Shown here in pieces: positions 17,442 to 25,278 of a DNA stretch of 64,000 bases (positions are counted from its first letter, which is position 1; each line of letters starts with the position of its first letter). Below the pieces are notes generated by a model. The model did no database searches. It worked only from the letters and a program-made list of their open reading frames with translations, and was not told where the DNA came from. The DNA comes from a bacterium BMS3Abin03 (GTDB lineage Bacteria; Bacteroidota; Ignavibacteria; Ignavibacteriales; Ignavibacteriaceae): positions 8,168 to 72,167 of the forward strand of contig BDSV01000161.1 of NCBI GenBank assembly GCA_002898075.1, in the 5' to 3' direction. A program made the position numbers and the translations under genes.

Positions 17442-17469
17442 TAAACTTTTAGTTACCTCCATCCGATAA
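17442..17469 (+). promoter_or_regulatory. sigma-28 (FliA/SigD)-type promoter of the flagellin gene
   Basis: TAAACTTT (17442-17449), a 12-nt spacer, then TCCGATAA (17462-17469). The consensus is TAAAGTTT-N11-GCCGATAA, so there is one mismatch in each box and a spacer one nt longer. It lies 77 nt upstream of the flagellin ATG. Confidence 0.7.
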
Positions 17470-17499
17470 TCTACTTGAGAGAATTATCTTAATTAACAG

Positions 17500-17539
17500 C
17501 GGGTAAGGATACCCGTCACTCATTAACTATACAAGGAGG
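17500..17539 (+). promoter_or_regulatory. flagellin 5-prime leader with two candidate CsrA sites (GGA-loop hairpin and GGA in the Shine-Dalgarno)
   Basis: Perfect 6-bp stem CGGGTA/TACCCG with loop AGGA at 17500-17515. Shine-Dalgarno AAGGAGG at 17533-17539, 6 nt before the ATG at 17546. csrA and fliW are present in the same window. Confidence 0.55.
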
Positions 17540-17545
17540 TATAGA

Positions 17546-18355
17546 ATGCCTTTCAAAATCAACACAAACCTAAGCGCATTGGACGCTTATAATGCCTTAG
17601 CCAGGGTAAATGCTCAAACAAATAAAGCACAGTTACGGCTGGCTTCACAATTGAGAATCAACTCTGTTGCCGATGACACATCGGGTTACAGGGTTGGTAA
17701 AGAGCTCGAAGGTAAAGTAACTCTTATGAAAGCTGCCCAGGGTAATATCGGTGCAGCAAAAAATACTCTTTCCACTGCTGAATCAGCACTAACTAACATA
17801 AATGATTTGCTGATACAGATTAAGGGTAAAATAGCCGAAGCAAATGATCCTACTAAAAACCTGACCGCTCTGGCTAATGATATAAATGCACTGGGTGATG
17901 AAATCAGTGCAATATTTACTAACACCAAGTTTAATGATACTGCACTACTTAGTGGATCGGCACTTCCGTCAAGCAGTAATTTTGTATTCCAGACCGGGGA
18001 AACTGAAAAGACAACCATCAACTTCGGTACAATGAATACACTTGATCTTGCATCTATTTCAAGCAGCGGTGCTACATCATCCAATATTACTTCCCTTAGT
18101 GTTTCTACCCTCGAAACAGCAGTGCAAGATTCATTAGGAAAGATTGGTAACTATGTACAAAGACTTGATGTAAAAGATGATTATCTAACCAGCGCCATAA
18201 CGAACGCTACAGCAAGTGTGAGCAGGCTATTTGACGCTGATATGGCAATTGAGCAGTTAAAAGCTACCAAGGGTCAGATTGGTCAACAAGTCTCCACAAC
18301 AATGTTAGCTCAGCTCAACTTTCAACCACGATCACTTCTCACCTTATTCCAGTAA
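17546..18355 (+). CDS. fliC: flagellin, short form (269 aa)
   Basis: N-terminus MPFKINTNLSALDAYNAL...RINSVADDTSGY and C-terminal D0/D1 helices (...RLFDADMAIEQLKATKGQIGQQVSTTMLAQLN) are typical flagellin_N/C. The central part is only about 55 aa and is Ser/Thr-rich. Confidence 0.95.
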   Translation: MPFKINTNLSALDAYNALARVNAQTNKAQLRLASQLRINSVADDTSGYRVGKELEGKVTLMKAAQGNIGAAKNTLSTAESALTNINDLLIQIKGKIAEANDPTKNLTALANDINALGDEISAIFTNTKFNDTALLSGSALPSSSNFVFQTGETEKTTINFGTMNTLDLASISSSGATSSNITSLSVSTLETAVQDSLGKIGNYVQRLDVKDDYLTSAITNATASVSRLFDADMAIEQLKATKGQIGQQVSTTMLAQLNFQPRSLLTLFQ

Positions 18356-18374
18356 AAGTTGGGCTTATAGTAAA

Positions 18375-18411
18375 CCTCTTCCGGAATAGTTACTCCGGGA
18401 GAGGATTTTTT
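18375..18411 (+). terminator. rho-independent terminator after flagellin
   Basis: 11-bp stem CCTCTTCCGGA / TCCGGGAGAGG (one G-U pair), 8-nt loop, then A-TTTTTT (18406-18411). Confidence 0.75.
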
Positions 18412-18424
18412 AACATAAAATAAA

Positions 18425-18769
18425 ATGATTATGCAAAATTATACAACATTAAACAACAGACGTCCTAACATGAATCCGTATCTTGTAAAAGATATTTTAG
18501 AAGCTACCCAGCAGCAGCTTGTAATTAAATTGTATGATTTAGCTATCGTAAGTTGTAAAAAACATGAACTGAGAAAAACTAATAATGCAATTCAGGCGCT
18601 GATTGACGCTCTTAATTTTGAGGAAGAAAATGCTTCTCAAATCGCTACGGGTCTTTTTAAGCTTTATAAATATTGTCAGGATCAGATGAGGAACTCAAAT
18701 TACCCTATCGTAGTTAGGATTTTATCTGAACTCAGGGAAAGCTGGGTATCTGTATTTAATAATAACTAG
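18425..18769 (+). CDS. fliS: flagellin-specific chaperone FliS
   Basis: 114 aa. Motifs ...ATQQQLVIKLYDLAI...AIQALIDALNFE....IATGLFKLYKYC resemble the FliS four-helix-bundle family. Position is next to fliC/fliD. Confidence 0.8.
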   Translation: MIMQNYTTLNNRRPNMNPYLVKDILEATQQQLVIKLYDLAIVSCKKHELRKTNNAIQALIDALNFEEENASQIATGLFKLYKYCQDQMRNSNYPIVVRILSELRESWVSVFNNN

Positions 18770-18777
18770 GTAAAACG

Positions 18778-20562
18778 ATGGCAATAGATATATTATCAAC
18801 TTCCTTTATAAATTCTTTAGTCGGTTCCTATACTTATAATGAAACACAAAAAGTGGTTTCCCCTCTACAGAATAAAAAGTCGAAGTATCAAAATTTATCT
18901 TCTGCCTACAGTACATTCAGCACAAAGTTAAGCTCGTTAAAAACTGTACTAACCAATTTAAAACTAACCGGAACCGATTCTTTATTTAATAAAAATTCAA
19001 CTACAACATCAAATTCATCCTTTGTAACAGCAACGGCAACAAGCTCTTCTTCAAACGGGGCATATACATTTCGCATTAATCAATTAGCTAAAAGCGATGT
19101 TGCGATTTCTACAGATGTTACATCGGCAACAACAAATTCCATTACCGGAACTCATGATTTTTTAATTAAAACAGGTGATGGAAGTACCGGCGAATTTGTT
19201 AGTAACATTGAAGTAACTTTTACGGCGTCCGAGACAAACCAGACGGTTATGGAAAAAATTGCCGATGCAATTAATTCTGATAAAGCTGTTATTGAATCCG
19301 GTACAAAAACGGCATCCTCTTCCTATTCAGATGGTGCAAGTTCGTTCGTAATAGATCTTAATGGTACTGAAACTACAATTTCAGTTACGGGGGGTGGAAC
19401 TTATGAAGATTTAATTAACGAAATTGTTTCAAATATTAATGATAATATCGACGGTATAACTGCTGAGAAAGTTCTCGATTCTCCAAATACAGGCGATGTA
19501 AGTTTAAAATTAACTGTTAATGATTCTTCCGATTATATCTCGATAACACATTCATCCGGCTTCGATCTGGTTACTGATTTGAATATAAGTGCAACTAAAG
19601 AAAAAGGTGCTTCGGGAATTGTTACTGCATCCGCATTTTCTCCAACATCAACTACATCCCAACTCTCAATTACATCTAAAGAAACCGGTGTTGACTATAG
19701 GATTAAAGATATTTCCGATTCGGGTTCATCAACTGCCTTAGCTTCGGTAGGATTAAATTTGGGAACTACCAGAACCGTTTTTGATCAGTCTCCCGATCCC
19801 GATACAGCCGGATTTCTATATTCGGATATTACCGATACTAATAACCAGTTAAACTCAAAATTTGATTTTAATGGTTTAACTTTACAGAGAAATTCAAATT
19901 CTGTCAGCAATTTAGTAACCGGGGTAACTTTTAAGTTGCAATCGGTAATGCAAACTTCTGATACTACAGTAAACATGACCGTTGTAAATGATGTTAGCTC
20001 CATAAAGTCTTCTATTGAAGATTTCATTTCAAAGTTTAATGATCTTTATACATTTTTGAGAGAAAACACAAAATCAACCTTAGATGGCAGGGGGCTGCTG
20101 ATTTCAGACACGAATGCTTCTTCTATTTTAAGCAGTCTTTCTTCTATAAGCTATACTCAGGTTTCAGGACTGTCGGCAGGGAATTTAAATCTTTTGTCTC
20201 AAATTGGAATTTCTTTTAGTTCATCTACCGGTTTAAGCATTTCTGATACCAGCCAACTTGAAACTAAAATATCTGAAGATGCTTCCCAGGTCGAAGCATT
20301 GTTCAATTCAACTAATGGAATAGCTAATACACTATACGATAAAATAGATCCGTATCTTGGTTCGGGTGGTTATCTTGCTTTAGCTCAATCTTCATTTGAA
20401 AATAATATTTCTACTTACGATGATCGTATAGTATCGGCTCAGAAGAGAATAAACAAAAGCGCTGATAATTTAAGAACAAGTTATGAGGGACTTCAAATCC
20501 AGCTCGCAAATCTTCTTGCAACACAAAATATGCTTAGTTTTATTGGGAATAGCTTTTTTTAA
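18778..20562 (+). CDS. fliD: flagellar filament cap protein FliD
   Basis: 594 aa. The C-terminus (YDDRIVSAQKRINKSADNLRTSYEGLQIQLANLLATQNML) is FliD_C-like. The central region is Ser/Thr-rich. Position follows fliS. Confidence 0.85.
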   Translation: MAIDILSTSFINSLVGSYTYNETQKVVSPLQNKKSKYQNLSSAYSTFSTKLSSLKTVLTNLKLTGTDSLFNKNSTTTSNSSFVTATATSSSSNGAYTFRINQLAKSDVAISTDVTSATTNSITGTHDFLIKTGDGSTGEFVSNIEVTFTASETNQTVMEKIADAINSDKAVIESGTKTASSSYSDGASSFVIDLNGTETTISVTGGGTYEDLINEIVSNINDNIDGITAEKVLDSPNTGDVSLKLTVNDSSDYISITHSSGFDLVTDLNISATKEKGASGIVTASAFSPTSTTSQLSITSKETGVDYRIKDISDSGSSTALASVGLNLGTTRTVFDQSPDPDTAGFLYSDITDTNNQLNSKFDFNGLTLQRNSNSVSNLVTGVTFKLQSVMQTSDTTVNMTVVNDVSSIKSSIEDFISKFNDLYTFLRENTKSTLDGRGLLISDTNASSILSSLSSISYTQVSGLSAGNLNLLSQIGISFSSSTGLSISDTSQLETKISEDASQVEALFNSTNGIANTLYDKIDPYLGSGGYLALAQSSFENNISTYDDRIVSAQKRINKSADNLRTSYEGLQIQLANLLATQNMLSFIGNSFF

Positions 20563-20564
20563 AG

Positions 20565-20897
20565 ATGGAAAATTTAGTTAACGAAATAAATAAGATTGAA
20601 TTATTGCTCAAAAGTGCTTATTCAGATTTAGATGATATTTCCAAAGAATCGTTTAATGAAAAAATGCCCCGGATAAGAGGCAAACTAAGTTTAATTGTTT
20701 CAAAAAGGAACGAACTTTTAATAAAATATAAGAGGGAAAAATTACTGAAGTACGACGAAAGCTTGTTTACCTTGTCTAAACAAATCCAAAAAAAGTTCGA
20801 TAATATAATTGAGTATTATAGTGCGGAAAAACTTGAAATTGCTCAAAAAATATTGCAGATTGAAAATAGAAAAAAATTGGCTTATTATTTAAGGTGA
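20565..20897 (+). CDS. hypothetical helical protein, possible FliT/FlgN-like export chaperone
   Basis: 110 aa, all-helical and charged. Tightly coupled, starting 2 nt after fliD. The call rests on position only. Confidence 0.35.
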   Translation: MENLVNEINKIELLLKSAYSDLDDISKESFNEKMPRIRGKLSLIVSKRNELLIKYKREKLLKYDESLFTLSKQIQKKFDNIIEYYSAEKLEIAQKILQIENRKKLAYYLR

Positions 20898-20901
20898 GAA
20901 A

Positions 20902-21159
20902 ATGGATATCAAAGGCATAAATAATCAGTTTCAGTATTCAAAAAATGTTAAAAAAAACAAGTTGGAAAAGACTGAAAAAAAATCTGGTAAAGATAAATTA
21001 GAAATTTCTGATAAAGGCAAAGTATTAAGTAATTCTAAAAAAGATGAAGCAAAAAAAATAGATGAAATAACAAAAAAGATCGAATCTAAATATTACAATT
21101 CTGATGATGTAATCGGAAAAGTTGCCGATAAAATTTTAAAAGACGTTAAACCCGAATAA
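20902..21159 (+). CDS. flgM: anti-sigma-28 factor FlgM
   Basis: 85 aa, Lys-rich and probably disordered. DKLEISDKGK and the C-terminal KIDEITKKIESKYYNSDDVIGKVADKILKDV match the FlgM pattern (V..ik..I..G.Y.vd...iAdkll). Confidence 0.7.
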   Translation: MDIKGINNQFQYSKNVKKNKLEKTEKKSGKDKLEISDKGKVLSNSKKDEAKKIDEITKKIESKYYNSDDVIGKVADKILKDVKPE

Positions 21160-21299
21160 CTACTCCCCACACTTTTATTTCCCGGTCAATTCACTTAATT
21201 TAACAATTGTTTCTATAACTTAGTTGTAAAAAGAATTTATAAATTAGTTATATTTCTTTATGAAAAAGAATATGTTTTTGCTGGTTACCCCATTGTTCA

Positions 21300-22013
21300 A
21301 TGTCAAGTAATAAAATAGTTAGCAATAAGATGGAAATTTTGGGTAAGCTTACAGCAAGTCTTACGCATGAACTGCGTAACCCGCTCTCTGCTGTAAAGCT
21401 TAACCTAGACTATCTTAAGCTGCTGGAAAATGAATTACCCGACCACATTAATGAAACTGTAAACTCAACTGTTGAAGCACTCGAACGAATTCAATACCTG
21501 ATTGAAAACATCCTTGGTTTTTCCAGGAATACTATCAGTAAAAACATTCCTTGTTATATTAATGAAGTTTCCAGAAAAGCTGTGGATATAATTAAAGGAA
21601 CCTTGAGTAGAGAAAACCTATCAATAAATGTTAGTTTAGATGATACAATTCCTTTATTATCATGTGATGAAAATAAGCTGTTGCAGGTATTTTTGAACCT
21701 AATAACCAACGCAATAGAAGCTTGTAACGGTCCAGGAGAAATCTATATTAAAAGTTACAGAGATAAATGCAATTATATTATTTGGTCGATTACCGATAAC
21801 GGAATAGGTATAGAAAAAAGTGACCGGGATAAAATATTCGATGATTTTTTTACAAAAAAATCTAATGGAACAGGATTAGGGCTTAGTGTCTGTAAAAGAT
21901 TATTAGGAGATATGGGTGCAGAATTATCATTCGAAAGTGAAGTTGGTAAGAATTCCACGTTCTTCATAAAATTCAAATCAAAAAATATTACAGATGTTAG
22001 GCAACAAGATTAA
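21300..22013 (+). CDS. sensor-less histidine kinase (DHp + CA only, 237 aa), FlgS/FlrB/FleS-like by context
   Basis: H-box LTHELRNPL at residues 21-29. N-box LNLITNAIEA, G1 ITDNGIGI, G2 GTGLGLSV. An in-frame stop at 21261 rules out a longer N-terminus. Overlaps the downstream activator gene by 20 nt. Confidence 0.85.
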   Translation: MSSNKIVSNKMEILGKLTASLTHELRNPLSAVKLNLDYLKLLENELPDHINETVNSTVEALERIQYLIENILGFSRNTISKNIPCYINEVSRKAVDIIKGTLSRENLSINVSLDDTIPLLSCDENKLLQVFLNLITNAIEACNGPGEIYIKSYRDKCNYIIWSITDNGIGIEKSDRDKIFDDFFTKKSNGTGLGLSVCKRLLGDMGAELSFESEVGKNSTFFIKFKSKNITDVRQQD

Positions 22014-23394
22014 AATACTTGTAATCGATGACGACGATTTAGTTGTTCGGTCTTTGAAAAATGTACTTACTAAAATTGATTACGATGTTGAAATATGTTT
22101 AGACGCCGGTGAAGCTGATGGAAAAATCCAGGAATATAATCCTGACATTATACTTCTCGACATATATCTTACCACACATAATGGAATTGAATTGTTAAAG
22201 CAATTCAAACAATCTTATCCTGAAATTCCTATAATAATGATAACCGGTTTTTCCGATGTTAAAACTACCGTTACCGCAATTAAATCGGGTGCATTTGATT
22301 TTTTACTGAAACCGATGGAGCTAGATTACCTGAAATTTGTTCTTGGTAAAGCCGCCGAAGAAGTAAATTTGCGTAGTGAAGTTAATAAGCTGCAGCTTTT
22401 ACTTAAGGAGAATAAACTTTCACGGGATTATTTTGGCAAATCCCGGGCAATTGTAAAAGTTCTTAATTTTGTTGAAAAGTTGGCTAAGAGTTCCGACACA
22501 ACTATTTTAATTGAAGGGGAAAGCGGTACTGGAAAAGAAGTGATAGCCAAATACATCTATCAAAATAGCCCCAGGGCAAATTCACCTTTTATCCAAATAA
22601 ATTGTTCAACTATTCCAAATGAATTAGCAGAGAGTGAACTGTTCGGACACGAAAGGGGTGCGTTTACAGGTGCTCAAAATAAAACTAAACTGGGGAAATT
22701 TGAATTGGCAAACGGCGGAACGCTATTACTGGATGAGATCGGTGACTTGAATATAGATTTACAAGCAAAACTTTTACGTGTTCTTCAGGAAAAGAAATTT
22801 TTTAGGTTAGGCGGTCAGAAAGAGATTTCCGTTAATGTTAGAATATTAACTGCTACAAATAAGAATTTAGAAGATGAGGTTATGAAAGGAAATTTTAGAG
22901 AGGATCTGTTTTACAGGTTGAACGTGGCAAAGATTCACCTTCCACCTTTGCGTGAAAGGAAAGGCGACATTCCTCTGTTTGCTCATGTGTTTCTTAAAGA
23001 ATTTTCCAAGAAATTTAACAAAAAAGTAAAAAGAATTACTCCTGAAGCAATTGAATTATTAAAAACTTATAAATGGAAAGGTAACATAAGGGAATTAAAA
23101 AATGTAATTGAAAGAGTTACCCTCCTTTTAGATGAAGATGAAATAAGAGATTATCATTTGAGTCAGTTACTGGGAAAGAAACAGACAGATTTACTTTCCA
23201 ACGATGAATTTATTCTTAACATTCCTGAAACCGGGGTTAAAGCCGATTTGGTTCTAAAAACTTTAATTCAGAAAACTCTTCGATTAACTGATGGAAACCA
23301 GGTTCATGCTGCTAAAATTTTAGGTTTATCGCGTTCGAAACTCCGCTATAGAATGGAACAATTAGGAATTGAAGTAACAAAGAAAGTAAACTAA
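21994..23394 (+). CDS. NtrC-family sigma-54-dependent response regulator (REC-AAA+-HTH), FlgR/FlrC/FleR-like
   Basis: REC domain (ILVIDDD...IILLDIYL). Walker A GESGTGKE. GAFTGA motif in ELFGHERGAFTGA. C-terminal Fis-type HTH (AAKILGLSRSKLRYRM). Confidence 0.9.
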   Translation: MLGNKIKILVIDDDDLVVRSLKNVLTKIDYDVEICLDAGEADGKIQEYNPDIILLDIYLTTHNGIELLKQFKQSYPEIPIIMITGFSDVKTTVTAIKSGAFDFLLKPMELDYLKFVLGKAAEEVNLRSEVNKLQLLLKENKLSRDYFGKSRAIVKVLNFVEKLAKSSDTTILIEGESGTGKEVIAKYIYQNSPRANSPFIQINCSTIPNELAESELFGHERGAFTGAQNKTKLGKFELANGGTLLLDEIGDLNIDLQAKLLRVLQEKKFFRLGGQKEISVNVRILTATNKNLEDEVMKGNFREDLFYRLNVAKIHLPPLRERKGDIPLFAHVFLKEFSKKFNKKVKRITPEAIELLKTYKWKGNIRELKNVIERVTLLLDEDEIRDYHLSQLLGKKQTDLLSNDEFILNIPETGVKADLVLKTLIQKTLRLTDGNQVHAAKILGLSRSKLRYRMEQLGIEVTKKVN

Positions 23395-23602
23395 CCTCGT
23401 CCACGCCTCTCATAATTTGCAATCAAATATTATTTAATGTCTATCTGTATTTTTATCAATTTGCACTAAAAATTTCGGTTCGATATTTTTTAAAAATAAA
23501 ACCCCGATAAATTAACTTTTGCAGACTATTTTCGATAATAAATACAGAGTAATCTTTCTATTTATGGCTTTTAAGAGTACGGCTATTCATTGGATATAAT
23601 AA

Positions 23603-25261
23603 ATGAATCAGGAATCGACCTATACTGAAAATAAAACTATTTCGTTAACAGAAATTCTTAATTCTATAAACGAAATTATATATGTTGCCGACCAAAATGG
23701 AACCCTGGTAAATATTTACGGTAAAGAAGCTGTGGAACCCGGTATTAAGAACGGGAACTATTTAAGCAAGTTAGTATCTGAAATTTTTGAAAATGACGAG
23801 AACCATATTCACACTTCATCCCATCACCGTTGTTTGAATGGTGAAAGCTTTTCCTATGAATGGGAGTTAAAATTTAACTCAAAAACTTATTATTATCAAA
23901 CTTTACTCACCCCAATTGAAAATAATCGTACAAAAGTTACGGGAATTACAGGCGTTGTACGTAATATAAGCAGAGAAAAAGCTTTAAACAGATATCACCA
24001 GGAAATTGAGTTAATGTTTAAAACGTTAACTAATGCTGCTAAATCTGCAATTATTTCAGTTAATGAAGAAGGGCAGATAGAATATTGCAACCCGGTTACT
24101 GAAAGAATGTTTGGATATGAACATAATGAATTATTAGGGCAGGAGTTCCTGATTTTATTTCACAAAGAGGATACAATATTTGGCAACGATAAGGATAATA
24201 GAGTTATTTTTAATAAAAAGCTTTCCAGTGTAGAAAATATAGAATTATTCGGCGTGAAAAAAGACGGTAAAAAGATTCCAATCGAATGTCACATATCACT
24301 TTATGAAATTATAAATATAAAACATCGTGTAGTAATTATACAGGACATTAGCGAAAGGAAATTAGTTGAAGAGCAAAGAAAATCCTATCAAAAAAATCTC
24401 GAAAAGAAAAATAAAGAAATACAGGATGCTTTAGAATATACAAAGAAGGTTCAGGATCAACTGGTACAATCCGAAAAGATGGCATCCCTGGGCGCTCTTA
24501 TTTCGGGGATTGCGCATGAAATCAATAATCCACTTGCATTTGTGTCCAGCAATCATAACCGGTTTGGCGAGTATTTTTCAGATTTATTTGATCTTTTAGA
24601 TAAGTGGAAGGATTTAGGGTTTAACATGAAAGATTCAGATCAATTCTCAGCCGAATTGAGCGAGATTAATCTATTGGAAGAAAAAATAGATTATAAATTT
24701 ATTAAAGACGATTGTGAAGAACTATTGAAACATAATTTTGAAGGAATCGACAGGATAAAAAATATTGTATTACAGTTGAGAGGTTTCTCACATGTTTCGG
24801 ATGATAACGCCATTGAAGTCGATATTAATAAAGCCATTGAAGAAACCTTAACAATAGTATGGAATGAGTTGAAGTACAAAGCCACAATTAAAAAGTATTA
24901 CGGTAAATTACCGCTTGTACAATGTCAGGCAGGAGAGATTAAGCAAATTTTTGTGAATTTATTAGTCAATGCATCGCATGCAATTGAAACAAGAGGTGAA
25001 ATTATAATAGAAACTTGCCGGGACGATACTAATGTAATTATTAAAATTTCCGATACCGGCAAAGGAATGAGCGCTGAGATAAAAAGAAAAATATTCGACC
25101 CATTTTTTACAACAAAAGATGTTGGTGAAGGAACAGGACTCGGTTTATGGATCTGTATGTCTATTATACAAAAACACCACGGTAAGCTGGAAGTAGAAAG
25201 TAAAGAAGGAAAAGGAAGTACATTTAAGATTACCTTGCCAATAGAATTTGAGAACCAATAA
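23603..25261 (+). CDS. cytoplasmic PAS-PAS histidine kinase
   Basis: Two PAS-like regions. H-box ISGIAHEINNPL, N-box NLLVNASHA, G1 ISDTGKGM, G2 GTGLGLWI. No TM helix. Confidence 0.85.
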   Translation: MNQESTYTENKTISLTEILNSINEIIYVADQNGTLVNIYGKEAVEPGIKNGNYLSKLVSEIFENDENHIHTSSHHRCLNGESFSYEWELKFNSKTYYYQTLLTPIENNRTKVTGITGVVRNISREKALNRYHQEIELMFKTLTNAAKSAIISVNEEGQIEYCNPVTERMFGYEHNELLGQEFLILFHKEDTIFGNDKDNRVIFNKKLSSVENIELFGVKKDGKKIPIECHISLYEIINIKHRVVIIQDISERKLVEEQRKSYQKNLEKKNKEIQDALEYTKKVQDQLVQSEKMASLGALISGIAHEINNPLAFVSSNHNRFGEYFSDLFDLLDKWKDLGFNMKDSDQFSAELSEINLLEEKIDYKFIKDDCEELLKHNFEGIDRIKNIVLQLRGFSHVSDDNAIEVDINKAIEETLTIVWNELKYKATIKKYYGKLPLVQCQAGEIKQIFVNLLVNASHAIETRGEIIIETCRDDTNVIIKISDTGKGMSAEIKRKIFDPFFTTKDVGEGTGLGLWICMSIIQKHHGKLEVESKEGKGSTFKITLPIEFENQ

Positions 25262-25278
25262 CAATTTAACATAATAAT

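Noticed and set aside
17686-18084. 132-aa minus-strand ORF antisense to flagellin. Similar antisense ORFs lie at 15164-15583, 15878-16243, 24925-25290, 31072-31455, 32775-33158, 33653-34015, 55634-56008 and 56189-56572.
   Set aside because: Each lies entirely inside a longer + strand gene that has clear family motifs. Their translations are low-complexity or hydrophobic with no recognisable motifs. They are typical shadow ORFs.
21260-21310. 16-codon mini-ORF (MKKNMFLLVTPLFNVK) overlapping the start of the sensor-less kinase gene.
   Set aside because: It is too short to evaluate and has no Shine-Dalgarno. It could be a leader peptide, but nothing in the sequence supports that over chance.
23503-23510. 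CCCGATAA, and TTCGATAA at ~23538: sigma-28 -10-like strings upstream of the PAS kinase.
   Set aside because: There is no TAAA-type -35 at 15-16 nt spacing for either. Such strings are expected by chance in AT-rich intergenic DNA.
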